NCBI RefSeq assembly: GCF_039654945.1
Contig: NW_027362008.1
Coordinates: 3,968,001 to 4,032,000, forward strand
Direction: 5' to 3'
Source of the DNA: Dendrobates tinctorius
Taxonomy: Eukaryota
Length of the DNA: 64,000 bases
Part shown: one piece after another, positions 50,060 through 64,000 of the stretch
Layout of the letters: each line of letters starts with the position of its first letter
How positions within the stretch are numbered: the first letter of the stretch is position 1
Program-made: the position numbers and the translations under genes
Notes under the pieces: generated by a model
The model's database searches: none
Told to the model about the DNA's origin: nothing
The model's input: only the letters and a program-made list of their open reading frames with translations

Positions 50060-52357
50060 ATCATAGAATCATAGAATCATAGAATCATAGAATCGTAGAG
50101 TTGGAAGGGACCTCCTGGGCCATCTGGTCCAACCCCCTGCTCAAAGCAGGATTCGCTAAATCATCCCTGTTAGATGTCTGTCCAGCCTCTGTTTGAAGAC
50201 TTCCATTGAAGGAGAACTCACCACTTCTCGTGGCAGCCTGTTCCACTCATTGATCACTCTAACTGTCAAAAAGTTTTTTCTAATATCTAATCTGTGTCTC
50301 CTCCCATTCAGCTTCATCCCATTGCTTCTAGTCTTTCCTTGTGCAAATGAGAATAAAGTTGATCCTTCTACAATGTGACAGCCCTTTAGATATTTGTAGA
50401 CAGCTATTAAGTCTCCTCTCAGTCTTCTCTTTTGCAAACTAAACATTCCCAAATCCTGCAACCTTTCCTCATAAGACAGGGTTTGCAGACCGGTCACCAT
50501 TCTGGTCGCTCTTTTCTGAACTTGCTCCAGTTTGTTGATGTCTTTTTTAAAATGTGGTGCCCAAAATTGGACACAATATTCCAGATGAGGTCTGACCAAA
50601 GAGGAGTAGAGGGAAATAATTACTTCACGTGATCTAGACTGTATGCTTCTGTTAATACATCCTAGAATTGCATTTGCCTTTTTTGCTGCTGCATCACACT
50701 GTTGACTCATATTCAGTCTGTGATCTATTAGTATACCCAAGTCTTTTTCACATGTGCTGTCACTTAGCCCTATTCCTCCCATTCTATATATGCTTTTTTC
50801 ATTTTTATTGCCCAGATGTAGTACTTTGCATTTCTCCCTGTTAAAAACCATTCTGTTAGTTGCTGCCCACTTCTCCAGTTTATTTAAATCTTTTTGAATC
50901 CTCTCTCTCTCTTCTCTAGTATTAGCTATCCCTCCTAGCTTTGTGTCATCAGCAAATTTAATCAGTTTACCCTCAATTCCTTCATCTAAATCATTGATAA
51001 AGATGTTGAACAATACAGGGCCCAGGACAGAGCCCTGTGGTACCCCACTTGAGACATTCTTCCAACTGGATGTGCAGCCATTTACGACCACTCTTTGGGT
51101 CCGATCACTAAGCCAGTTATGAATCCACCTAACAGTTGCCTTGTCCATTCCATACTTAGTCATTTTTTCAATAAGGATTGTATGAGAGACTTTGTCAAAT
51201 GCTTTGCTGAAGTCAAGATATACTATATCTACAGCATTTCCTTGATCCACCCAATCAGTGATACCGTCATAGAAGGAAATTAAATTAGTCTGACATGACT
51301 TATTATTTACAAACCCATGCTGACTCTGTTTAATCACTTCATTCTTATCCAAGTATTGACATACATGTTGTTTAATAATTTGTTCAAAGATCTTTCCTGG
51401 TATAGAAGTCAGACTCACCGGCCTATAGTTGCCTGGGTCCACCTTCTTCCCCTTTTTGAAGATAGGAACAACATTTGCTCTTCTCCAGTCTTCTGGCACT
51501 TCTCCTGTTCTCCAAGAATTTTCAAAGATTATGGAGAGGGGTTCAAAAATTTCTTCTGCTATCTCCTTCAGTACTCTGGGGTGTAATTCATCTGGACCTG
51601 GAGACTTGAATTCATTTAGGTTAGCTAAGTGTTTCCTCACTATCTTTCTGTTTATAGATATCCTGGATTCTTCTATTCCCTTAATAGGACAGTGAATAAC
51701 AGTTGATGTTACATTTCCTTTCTGAGAGAAAACAGATGCAAAATAGGAATTTAAAAGTTCAGCCTTCTCAACATCCTGTCTTACCATTTCATCATTTTCA
51801 TCCTGTAAAAATCCTATAGCATCTTTGACTTTTCTTTTACTTTTGACATATCCCCAAAATCCTTTATTATTGCTTTTGACATCTCTTGCAAGTCTCAATT
51901 CATTTTCAGCTTTAGCTAATCTGATTTGTGCCCTGCAGGTTCTGCAGACAGCATTATATTCTTCTTTAGATATGCCTCCCTCTTTCCATTTTATAAACAT
52001 TTTTTTCTTCCTTTTTAGCATGTGCTTAAGTTCTGTGTTCATCCATCCTGGTTTCCTTAAATGCTTCCTATTCTTCCCTCTTTTCGGAATTGTTAACAAC
52101 TGTGCTTTGAGAATTTCATTTTTCAAGATTTCCCATCCTTCCTGGACATTTTTGTCTTTAAGGATATCCAGCCATTGGATCCCTCCAATTCTCTTTCTGA
52201 ATCCCTTAAAATCTGCCTTTCTGAAATCTAACGTTGACGTCTGAGTCTTCACAGGTCTTCCGCCTCTAGTTATCCAAAATTCTAAAATAGCATGGTCGCT
52301 ACCTCCTAGGGTCCCAGCCACTTTTACCTCCTCAACCATTTCCTCCCTGTTTATAAG
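50060..52357 (-). mobile_element. Hybrid CR1: 3' junction of CR1-C, body and 5' junction of CR1-D
   Basis: Left flank ..TGTTATTGA as at 33899; right flank GATTTTCAGAG as at 41283. The two flanks do not form a TSD. ORF 50156-52339. Confidence 0.93.
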
Positions 52358-54006
52358 GATTTTCAGAGAAGTTATTCTCCATGAATTGAGTATCGCTGAT
52401 TATGTACTGGAATCTCTCCATGCTGATATTTTATCGTCTTTTCAAATCTGAGTGAACAAAGAATTTGTTTTTTCACTTCATCGTTAAGCTAGGTCATCTC
52501 TTTTTTGGATTTTTTTATTCCAAGACATGGCAGTTCTGTGCTCAGAGCTTCATGATCTATTAACGCTGTGAGATGGATTGTTTTATATGTCTAATGTAAC
52601 GCAACAAGTATAAAAATGTTCTATAGTGAAGGTCAAAACTGGCTCCAGTATGTAACAATAAAAATGAAATAATGTGAAAACTTTTTTCACTATCTCATAA
52701 AGCTAAATTTATAAACCTTTCCAAAAATAAAATGAGATTGGCGTACAAAATCAGCTCATCAAATAAGGAAATTCTCCCATTACACTAAAAATAAATTTGC
52801 AGAAACTGGTACATGACCTGTACCCATAGCGGTGCCATTTACTTGGTGGAAAGGGATGAAATTAAAAATAAAATCATTTGAGTCAACTAAACATCCAATA
52901 ATATTTTAAAACAAACCTGTTTTGTGACTAAAAACAGATCTGCTCATCTCTCATCAGTACATGGGTGGTAGAGGTTAGCAGTGAAACAATAGAAATTTAT
53001 TTAGATGCATTTACATTGTTACATGATATGAATACAGTTATGTTAGATGTCTTGTGACTACAGGTAAATGTTCTTTACCCAATTTAATAAAAAAATCTAC
53101 TTACATCCAAATCTTCATTTCACTTGACCAAATAGTGAGATGTTGATGTAATTATCCTTTACAGAAACCTCTTGATTATGTCTTCTGCTGACATACTCAC
53201 ACTTTTTAAAGAAATGTTTTTATTCAATATTGGCTCGTTCACCCGTCTTAATCTAAAGTCACTGGATGCTTCTATAATTAAATGTAAATAAAAAAAAAGA
53301 AGGGGTTACCAGATATGAAGATGCTATGCTACTGTGAAGGTAACGTGGCAAATGCATTTCCAGTAGATGTAAAAACAGTAAATTTCTGAAGATCATAAAA
53401 AAATAGACATCAATCAGCTATAAAAAGCTAACACATGTATTACATTCTTCAATATGTTGTACACTTGGACGGGATGGCCATGGGGGTGGCATTCACGCCA
53501 AATAAGTATCAACACAATATCTCAGTGCAATTTTGCACATCTTTAATATTGTATAAAATATAGAAAGCCACTTCTACTAGATGTCTAATAGCATGTAAAT
53601 GAAGACTGTTATAGCTCCCATTTACATGAATTACACACGTATATACAAGATGTATGAAGCATGGAACACCTTACTATATTAATAAATAATACAATTGAGC
53701 AATTTGAAGCAAACACTGCACTCAGCAGCTATTAATCAGGTAATCATAGCAGTGGCCCTAACAATTTCAATACCATGGTCATTGCATATTTTAGAAATTT
53801 TGTCTCTTGACTTCATGAAACTATCATGAAATAATACAATGAATAACATTTCTCTCTTTAGTTTACCTAATTATCAGCACAATGGTGAATAGTATCACAG
53901 GGCACCACAGGAAATTTCTATCCCTTTGTGTTGTCCCAAACCAGCATTCTCCCTGGAGAGATTTATAAATGTCAGTTTATATGTAAATGGAGACAGTAAG
54001 TCTTGG

Positions 54007-54225
54007 CCAATGACAATATCCCACTAATTAACAACCCCCTGCTCTTCCCAGATATAAACTGTTTCCTCCTCTCAGTGACATCTACTTCACTCCAGGTATT
54101 ATTTGTGGTCAGAACTGGCCTCTGAGGAGCATCAAGTTGTAGACTTGTTGGTGTACAGGAGGAGTTCAGCACCGACTATCATCTCTTTCAGTAGCAGTAG
54201 ACATCTTCAATCTCCATCTACAAAG
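54007..54225 (+). promoter_or_regulatory. Putative promoter and non-coding exon 1 of kinase copy 4
   Basis: CCAAT 54007-54011, TATAAA 54053-54058, donor at 54225/54226. Confidence 0.6.
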
Positions 54226-54446
54226 GTGAATATATGATAAGTATAGCACAGCATATAGTAGATGGTATTACTGCAGATCCCTGGGGAATTATGCAATGCT
54301 GGAACATTATTACAGTGACTGCACACTATTATACAATTGTGCATTTCTAGTCGCAGTTTACACGAGGTGATTACAGTATGTTATTATGGGTCTCAAAGAT
54401 GTTTCATGCTTTATTCAATGCCATATCTCATTTCATTTTATTCAGA

Positions 54447-56096
54447 ATGGCCACCAACATCAAGGAAGCAAGCAAGAACACGGCAAAACACCTTCTTCAT
54501 CTGATATCAGAAACTTCCAAGAACCTGAAGATGATGGAAGTGACTGACCACTTTGAACTTTTGCTAGAACTTGGGACTGGATCTTTTGGAAATGTACACA
54601 TGGGAAAACACAAACATTCAGGTGAGATGATGATGATGGATGATGACTATGAAGATGACTGAGCCATCAGGGTGGTTTTAGATGAATGTGAAAGATGAAA
54701 TTGAAATCTGCTTGTACCCTGACAAACTGTACTTGTTAACAATCATTAAGTATGACCCTAGTTGTATCCTATCTACAACGTGTCATTAGTATTCTGCACC
54801 ACTACCCTCTAGTCTTATGAATGCTCCTGTGTAAAGTGATTGATCAGGTTGTTTATATGGTTTTAAAAGTGTTATGGAATATGATGAGGATGAACATTAA
54901 CAATTATAATGTTTATTCAACAGGACAGACCGTGGCAATTAAAATGATGGCAAAGAAGAAGACTCCAGAAGACAACTTCTTTCTGGAATATTGCATTTCA
55001 CAAACCCTCAGCATTCATCGGAACATCATATTTACTCACGACATCTTCTTCCATACCAGTAGGGATTTTGTGTTTGTTCAGGAAGTGGCACCGGCCGGAA
55101 ATCTCCAGTCCATCCTTGTACCTAAAGTAAGATCTTAAGCTGTTCTCCACTTTTACATATTCAAGCATTATTCATACTGCTGAAGAAAAAAATTAGTGGT
55201 CTTTATTGTAGATCTGACATCTAACATTACCCTATTTCCTCAGATTTAATAAACTCATATTTCTGTAAGTAGCAGTATGGGACCCCCATAATTAGGCAGG
55301 TTTAGGTTGTATGAGTATGTGTGAGCTAGTAAAATCCTCTATGTGAGAGATATTTAATTTTTAGTGGAAATCTCACATTATAGAGGATATCTGATTAATA
55401 GCAGAGTAGAACTGATGTCTGCAGGAATTATATCTACTAGTAGAAGATATCTATAAGTCTTCTGTTCTTTTATATCAGATATGTTTTCCCTTCTGCTGTT
55501 CAGCTGTGTAATCTTCTGTGTTGTCTTTTTCTTAGGTCGGCATGCAGGAGGACATGTTGAAGCGTTGTGTTCCTCAGATCGCCAGTGCTCTGGACTTTAT
55601 GCATAACAGAGGAATGGTTCATCGGGATATCAAGCCGAATAATATTCTTCTGATGGATGCAGAATGTCACTGGATAAAGCTGGCAGACTTTGGACTCACC
55701 AGGCTCCAGGGCACATTTGTTCCTTTTGTGCCCTGGTATAAACCCTACACTGCTCCAGAGCTCTGCTGCCTTAGACCAGGAGAACAGTTGTTGCTACATC
55801 CTAGTCTTGATGTCTGGGCTTTTGGTGTAGTCATTTATTATGCTCTTTCTGGACTCTTTCCTTGGCATGGGGCAAAACGCGGTGATCGAGATTATAAAGA
55901 GTTTGCCTGGTGGCAGGTTGGAAGGGATCTGTCAAAAGCTCCAAAAAAGTGGAAGAAAATTTCAGTGGAGGCCAGAGTAATGTTCTGGGAACTGCTTCAA
56001 ATAAATGCCTCTAAGAGAGGCTCGGCCATTGACATTCTAAAATTTATGCACTTGCCATGGAAAGCCGAGGAATGTTCAGAGACCGAAGCAACCTGA
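54447..56096 (+). CDS. SBK1-like: SBK1-like kinase, copy 4 (312 aa); exons 54447-54621, 54924-55126, 55536-56096
   Basis: Protein identical to copy 3; one synonymous difference noticed (GTA/GTC in GVVI). Confidence 0.92.
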
Positions 56097-59000
56097 TATG
56101 TTGAATCTATGACAAACTGCAATATGATATTTGTTTTTTTAATCAATAATGTCTACAAAGCAGACTGTGAACTATTGTAAATAGCTCAATAAATGAATAA
56201 AACAGACTTGAATCTTACTAAAGTTTGTCTCGAGAAAAACAGAAAAAAATATAGAAGTTACGGGTATACGAACATGGGACACTCCCAAAACATTTTTTAA
56301 GTCAGTTTTTTTCATAAAAGTAACAAAACATAAAAAGTGATATAGAAAAGGAATTGTCATGGTATTGCTATTCACATTCTACATATTTCACATTGACATG
56401 GTTTAGCACTACAGAGTGCATCTTTTTTGTTTATTGAAAATGAAGGTAACTGCAGCTAGTTGGCTCCTGTTCACATTAGCTTGGAAGTGCCAGTCTTTTT
56501 GTCACTAAAAAAATAATACTGGTACTTTATTCCCAAATTTGATAAATATGCTGAGCCTCCATCTTGCTATTTGCACTGGATATTATGCCCATTGGTTAAG
56601 AAAACTCCCTTGGTTATACAGGACTCAAGATTTTTTACAAATACAGGATGATTTTGATTGACAAGAATTATTGCAGCTGGTGACAATCCTTGTGCTTTTG
56701 CTTTGCACACAATTCCTTTCAATTTGCAGGACCCTGGTATAACCAGGCAGCTGATACAGCAATGGATTCACCAGTTGCCGTGACTTGTATACTGTATATA
56801 TTTTTTGGAGAAAGATACTTAATTTGAACAATCCATTTCTATTACATATCAAATTATTCTTACAATTTAAAGACAATATTCTTATAGTAAGAAGAGATGT
56901 GTCTTTTACTTTTTGGAAAGCATGCAGTAAAAAATAAAATCATTATGAGTCAGCACAAATTCTAATAATTTGAAAACAAAACTCTTGAGTGACTGAATAT
57001 GATTGCCCTTTGTGCTCAAAAATATTTTACTGCCTGAGTTCCCAATTCATAACAGATTCTGGTATAAAATGTCTCAATGTAAAGTCTCACTATCATTCTT
57101 GTGGGTGGCCAGGACTTCCAGCATCACCAGACCTCTGACTTCACTGTGCCTTTGTTGGGAAAAAACTTGGCACTCATAGTAAAATCAGAGGATTTTATAT
57201 TTGAATTTATTTAACATTGTCGGAGAAGAGATTTCTATTTCTACTTGGGTAGTTTCTGTCTTATGGGTACCTATGCAATGAAGCATAATGAGAGAGACAG
57301 ACTGCTCGCTGTGTTTCCAAATCGTCTCTAAGGTTTATTGACAGTGTGAACTTTTATAGAACAAGATCAAAAAGAAATGAAGAATACATAAGAATTGGCA
57401 AAATAGAAAGGGAGGTTACACAATCGTTGACATAAAAAGGTAGGTTATACAATGAGTTGTCAACCACATCCTCGGACACAAGATAAAATTAAATGAAAAA
57501 TGACAGGAATACAGGGGTGCTTTCCAAAAGTCAATGTGCTCTAAGTTAATAGTCATGAGTTCATATTCAAAAGATATTTTTCTAAAAAGATGTTAGAACA
57601 TTTCACCTCAAAAGGGAAGAGAATGCATGTCCTTCAGATTTTCTGGGAATTGTAGGAACTGACCATTAGCCATAGGACTGTGACCACATAGACAGATGAT
57701 AACTGGATGTCACGACTAGTGACGAGTTCGCTGCCGAGCCAACACCTCCACGTCGACGACCACGACGATGTGGGGTGAGCGTCCCAAGTGGGGATGGAAT
57801 GTGGACCCACTGGACCACAGGGGGGACCCAGGCCTACCCAGACTAGGGAAGAGTAGCGACCGGGGTCTGTGGCAGCTGAGCATGTGGACGAGGAGGCAGA
57901 ATGACATGACACCGCACACTTCAGGTATAGACATAAAGTTTACTTGAACAAGACATGGTACATAAACGAAACAGTTATGCAAGGCTCCCGGTTCCGCACA
58001 TCAGGGAAGGGTACATGTCTCAGGATAACAGAAGAAAGGCAGGAGGTCATTACGGGTTGAGCAGTCCAGGGTTGTCTGGCATGGGTATACTAGGGCGGCC
58101 TCTTCCTCAGTCCTCAGGGGTAGCAAAGGGTCACCAGGAGAATATCAGACACCGACCACAAACAGACTTCAGAAAATGGCAGGCATTGTCTGACATTTCA
58201 ATCACATCCATACACGCAGTACTTCTGTATTCTCCCGCTACCCGTATTTTATCAAAAAAGCTCTAATGCCAATGGACAAAAACATAAATCTTATCTATTT
58301 ATAGAAACTCTTGGTTGGTTCACTATATCCTCTAATTAGTGTCCTATCTGAGTACCCGGTTGCATACAAAAAAATTGAGCAATTATATTCACATATTGTC
58401 TTCACGTGATTTTCCCACTTCATTACAAACTCCCACCCGGTTCCTTCCATTAGGTTTTTCCAAGGAGCAACTAACCAGAGAGTTTTATCTTAATTGCTGC
58501 TTTGAGCAACAAAAAGGCTGTTTATACACTGAGCACACATCATTTAGTCTCCATACATCAACAGAGCTGCTTTACAGTAGTACGAAATGAATATGTTGAA
58601 GTGTATTTTCCTGGGCCCAACCAGTATGTGGGTACCAAGGTGTAATGGGGTGCATAGGACTATGCAGCAGGGCAGACATTGCTGTCACTCTGTAAACAAA
58701 AGAGTAGGGGAGAACCGTATGAATATGGTGAAGTGTATTTTTTTCCTGGGCCCATCCAGTATGTGGGTTCCAAGTGTTTAATGGGGTGCATATGACTATG
58801 GTATGAATCTCGGAAAAAAATATTTAAAGCTGTGAACTAGGAGTCAGGAATGCTTCCAGGGGCGATCCCCATGAATTCCCCATTTCATTTGAGCAGTGTT
58901 TAAATCATTTTCAGATGTTTCTAGACCTTAAAATGACCCCCTTGGGGGATCACAGCAAAAATGCTCGGGTTTCCCATAGACTTATATTGGGCTCGTTGTT

Positions 59001-59512
59001 CTGTCCGAGTACCCAAGTATTACAATTTGCTCGACCCGAACAACGAGTGCCCAAGCATTTTAGTGCTCGCTCATCACTAATCCCAGTACTTAAAAAGCGA
59101 TACTCAATTCATGGAGAATAACTTCTCTGAAATTCAAATTAATTGGGAAAATCCAAACGGTTAAGCGATTTTGAATTTTGCTGATCTGACCCATGTTATA
59201 AAACAATCTTATCATATATTGTGCACGATGAATGCCGCATGAAGGGAAAAGTGAAAAACTGCTAAACTTGCTATTCTTGTTCATCTTACCTCACTAAAAA
59301 ATTGAATTAAAAAAATCATGTATCCCAACGCTGTACCAAAACAACTAGTTTTGTACCCAAAAACATGTCCTCATGCAGATCTGCATTCAGAAAAATAAAA
59401 AGCAATGACTCTCAATATGACAGCTATAAAAAACATATTGTGATTTTCTTGGGTATGAACATAATCATGTCAGCACACAGAATAAAGTGAACAAGTCAAT
59501 TATACTGCTTAC

Positions 59513-60674
59513 GTTTGAAAATCCACCAGGCTTCCCTATTTTGTAATGTAACCTCCGTATCACCCCCTCTGATGGGTGTGTGTATTTTTTCAATTGCATA
59601 CACCAGAAGTGTTTTCAGGTCATCTTTATGACATTCAATAAAATGTTTTGACACCTGAGATGTGTTCCTTTCCATGTTAATATTCTCTGTGTCATAGATG
59701 TGTTCCCCAATTCTTTTCTTCAGCTTGCGTTTTGTGCTTCCAACATGTTTTAGATGGCAGAAGGTGCACTCCATAATATATACCAAGGTTTTAGTGCTAC
59801 AATTGATAAAGGTTTTAGTAGCAAAATTCTTGCTTTCACTAGAATCTCCAAAGCTAGAGCTCTCTTTAGTGTATTTACAGGACTTAGCACCACACTTATA
59901 AAAACCCTTGGTTTTCTGCCAATTTGTGGATTGAATTTGAGACATATTCAAAAAACTTGGCAAAAGGCTCTGACCTAAAGATGGTGCTCTCCTAGAGTCT
60001 ATTCTAAATCCTTTCCCTATAATACTATCTATATCTGGATCCTCTTTTAATACAGATAAATTATTTTGAATAATTCGTTCAATAGAGGCAAACTGGTTAC
60101 TACACTGCGAGACCAATGTTACAGGAGTGACTGAATGTTCATGTGTGTTACACTTAGGTTTGAATCGCGGTTTTTGAGCCACAATGTTTTCAGCTTTGCT
60201 TAAACTCCATTGGGTATAACCCCTTTGGGTCAATCACTGCTTAATGTTAGAAACTTCCTGTTGATAATCTGTATTTGTGCTACAATTGCATTTAGCTCTT
60301 GTCATCTCCCCAACAGGTATACTTTTAATTATATGTTTAGGATGATGGCTTTTTCCATGGAGTATAGCATTGCCTGCTGTGTTCTTTCTAAATTTTTGTG
60401 TTACTACAGGTTTACCTGAAATTCCTTGTAAAATCAAATAAAAAAAATCAATGCATGAAATTTTATGGCGGACCACAAATTTTAAATTCAAGGGATTGCA
60501 ATTAATATAAAAATTAAAATCCTGTATGGCAGATACATCAGAATTCCAGATGATAATGATATCATCTATGTATCTGCCTTACCAATAGACACAATCTTTA
60601 AATGGATTATTTACAGTATAAATATACAGCTCTTCCCACCAGCTCATTACCAAGTGAAATTAGCAAGTGAAGTT
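59513..60674 (-). mobile_element. Penelope-like RT/GIY-YIG fragment (unit 4)
   Basis: ORFs 59496-60233 and 60234-60491. Confidence 0.88.
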
Positions 60675-61134
60675 GTCAAGCGATCCACTATATGACCAAG
60701 ATGAAAATCTTTCTTTGCAATTGCGGCTTGTTCCCAGTCAACTTACGTGCATCGTTATATTTTACTTTTGGTTATGTGTGTTTTTCCATGCGTTATTCAT
60801 CCTGTTTTGAATGTGAATGTTTTTTCTTTGTCATCTAGGAATATTTAACACCATCCACTATATGATTAAGATATAAAGTATTTTTCGCAATTGCGGCTTG
60901 TTCCTCGCTAGTTTATGTGGATTGTTATGCAGGAGCATATTGCTATCTGTGTTTTTTTATGCGATGTAGATCTGGTTTTGAATTAAATTGTTTTCATTTT
61001 TGCTTTCACCTAGGTACTTTTACCCTCCTCCGCTGAAATTGTGTTTTTAGATCTGTGTCTCTTACTATTACTCTATGACACTCAGTGTATGATAGAGAGA
61101 AATGTATTTTTCTTCTTTCTATGATTGTTATTGA

Positions 61135-64000
61135 ATCATAGAATCATAGAATCATAGAATCATAGAATCGTAGAGTTGGAAGGGACCTCCTGGGCCATCT
61201 GGTCCAACCCCCTGCTCAAAGCAGGATTCGCTAAATCATCCCAGTCAGATGTCTGTCCAGCCTCTGTTTGAAGACTTCCATTGAAGGAGAACTCACCACT
61301 TCTCGTGGCAGCCTGTTCCACTCATTGATCACTCTAACTGTCAAAAAGTTTTTTCTAATATCTAATCTGTGTCTCTTCCCATTCAGTTTCATCCCATTGC
61401 TTCTAGTCTTTCCTTGTGCAAATGAGAATAAAGTTGATCCTTCTACAATGTGACAGCCCTTTAGATATTTGTAGACAGCTATTAAGTCTCCTCTCAGTCT
61501 TCTCTTTTGCAAACTAAACATTCCCAAATCCTGCAACCTTTCCTCATAAGACAGGGATTGCAGACCGGTCACCATTCTGGTCGCTCTTTTCTGAACTTGC
61601 TCCAGTTTGTTGATGTCTTTTTTAAAATGTGGTGCCCAAAACTGGACACAATATTCCAGATGAGGTCTGACCAAAGAGGAGTAGAGGGAATTAATGACTT
61701 CACGTGATCTAGACTGTATGCTTCTGTTAATACATCCTAGAATTGCATTTGCCTTTTTTGCTGCTGCATCACACTGTTGACTCATTTTCAGTCTGTGATC
61801 TATTAGTATACCCAAGTCTTTTTCACATGTGCTGTCACTTAGCCCTATTCCTCCCATTCTATATATGCTTTTTTCATTTTTATTGCCCAGATGTAGTACT
61901 TTGCATTTCTCCCTGTTAAAAACCATTCTGTTAGTTGCTGCCCACTTCTCCAGTTTATTTAAATCTTTTTGAATCCTCTCTCTCTCTTCTCTAGTATTAG
62001 CTATCCCTCCTAGCTTTGTGTCATCAGCAAATTTAATCAGTTTACCCTCAATTCCTTCATCTAAATCGTTGATAAAGATGTTGAACAATACAGGGCCCAG
62101 GACAGAGCCCTGTGGTACCCCACATGAGACATTCTTCCAACTGAATGTGCAGCCATTTACGACCACTCTTTGGGTCCGATCACTAAGCCAGTTATGAATC
62201 CACCTAACAGTTGCCTTGTCCATTCCATACTTAGTCATTTTTTCAATAAGGATTGTATGAGAGACTTTGTCAAATGCTTTGCTGAAGTCAAGATATACTA
62301 TATCTACAGCATTTCCTTGATCCACCCAATCAGTGATACCGTCATAGAAGGAAATTAAGTTAGTCTGACATGACTTATTAGTTAGAAACCCATGCTGACT
62401 CTGTTTAATCACTTCATTCTTATCCAGGTATTGACATACAAGTTGTTTAATAATTTGTTCAAAGATCTTTCCTGGTATAGAAGTCAGACTCACCGGCCTA
62501 TAGTTGCCTGGGTCCACCTTCTTCCCCTTTTTGAAGATAGGAACAACATTTGCTCTTCTCCAGTCTTCTGGCACTTCTCCTGTTCTCCAAGAATTTTCAA
62601 AGATTATGGAGAGGGGTTCAAAAATTTCTTCTGCTATCTCCTTCAGTACTCTGGGGTGTAATTCATCTGGACCTGGAGACTTGAATTCATTTAGGTTAGC
62701 TAACTGTTTCCTCACTATCTTTCTGTTTATAGATATCCTGGATTCTTCTATTCCCTTAATAGGACAGTGAATAACAGTTGATGTTGCATTTCCTTTCTGA
62801 GAGAAAGCAGATGCAAAATAGGAATTTAAAAGTTCAGCCTTCTCAACATCCTGTCTTACCATTTCATCATTTTCATCCTGTAAAAATCCTATAGCATCTT
62901 TGACTTTTCTTTTACTTTTGACATATCCCCAAAATCCTTTATTATTGCTTTTGACATCTCTTGCAAGCCTCAGTTCATTTTCAGCTTTAGCTAATCTGAT
63001 TTGTGCCCTGCAGGTTCTGCAGACAGCATTATATTCTTCTTTAGATATGCCTCCCTCTTTCCATTTTATAAACATTTTTTCTTCCTTTTAGCATGTGCTT
63101 AAGTTCTGTGTTCATCCATCCTGGTTTCCTTAAATGCTTCCTATTCTTCCCTCTTTTCGGAATTGTTAACAACTGTGCTTTGAGAATTTCATTTTTCAAG
63201 ATTTCCCATCCTTCCTGGACATTTTTGTCTTTAAGGATATCCAGCCATTGGATCCCTCCAATTCTCTTTCTGAATCCCTTAAAATCTGCCTTTCTGAAAT
63301 CTAACCTTGACGTCTGAGTCTTCACAGGTCTTCCACCTCTAGTAATCCAAAATTCTAAAATAGCATGGTCGCTACCTCCTAGGGTCCCAGCCACTTTTAC
63401 CTCCTCAACCATTTCCTCCCTGTTTATAAGGATTAGATCCAAGGTAGCAGTTCCCCTTGTTTTCTCCCTTACCTTTTGGAAGATAAAGTTGTCAGCAAGA
63501 GAGGATAAGAATTTCCTTGACCTGTTAGTTTTGCCTGAGAGAGATTCCCAACAAATGTCTGGATAGTTGAAATCTCCCATGACAACTATGTCATATTTTT
63601 TGGAGAACTTGGCCATCTGATGCATAAAGAGTTCATCTATATCTTTGGCTTGCACAGGCGGCCTGTAGTAAATGCCTACAATGGTGTCCTTTCCATTGTT
63701 CTGTCCTTGTATTCTTACGCAAACAGTTTCCACAGAACTCCCAGTCTCTGAAGCTTCAATCTCTGTGCAGATATACGCGTTTCGAACATACAATGCGACA
63801 CCCCCTACTCGTTTATCAAGTCTGTTTCTTGCAAATAAGTTGTATCCTTCTAGTCTTGTATTCCAATCATGTGTATTGTCCCACCAAGTTTCAGTGATTC
63901 CAATTACATCATATTTCTGTTCCTGTGTTAGTAGTTCCAATTCTCCTTGTTTGTTGCCCATGCTTTGTGCATTAGTATAGAAACATTTTAGTTTGTGATT
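61135..64000 (-). mobile_element. CR1 LINE, duplicate of CR1-C; runs off the window
   Basis: Same 3' junction and diagnostic residues as CR1-C (SCGVPQ, HRLKM, QLVCQ, TVCV), with a frameshift near 63080. Confidence 0.96.

Larger units (their letters stand above)
38993..61134 (+). repeat. Near-identical 11,075-bp tandem duplication containing kinase copies 3 and 4
   Basis: Constant ORF offset of 11075 (43303/54378, 44467/55542, 48421/59496) with only scattered substitutions. The region ~30-34 kb also repeats at ~46-50 kb (offset 16,159). Confidence 0.95.

Overview
Vertebrate genomic DNA, most likely a frog (inferred from the repeat families, not proven). The window is a tandem array of ~10.5-16 kb units, each carrying a compact SBK1-like Ser/Thr kinase gene on the + strand (3 coding exons plus a probable non-coding exon 1; 312 aa). 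Copies 1 (12114-13780), 3 (43372-45021) and 4 (54447-56096) are intact. Copy 2 (22631-28866) is a pseudogene: frameshift, G-loop G>V, ~570-bp promoter deletion and a Tc1 in intron 3. The units share old repeats: a Penelope/Neptune-type RT-GIY-YIG fragment, a Penelope pLTR-like segment with a minimal hammerhead ribozyme variant, Harbinger-type MITEs, LTR-like and hAT-like remnants, and a ~412-bp inverted repeat pair around each gene. They differ by younger insertions: a DD37E Tc1, a DD34E Tc1, and CR1 LINEs from four independent insertion events. Main observations: (1) the CR1 ORF1/ORF2 junction has a canonical -1 slippery heptamer T_TTA_AAC against the ORF1 stop, and ORF2 has no ATG before the first endonuclease motif; (2) a CR1 ORF2 is inserted in frame into a Tc1 transposase, giving a 1019-aa HTH-EN-RT ORF inside perfect TIRs; (3) a hybrid CR1 with mismatched target-site flanks marks the recombination junction of the newest 11,075-bp repeat; (4) the hammerhead has an A3-U8 compensatory core; (5) the kinase activation loop reads PWYKPY where SBK1 has SGTIPY.
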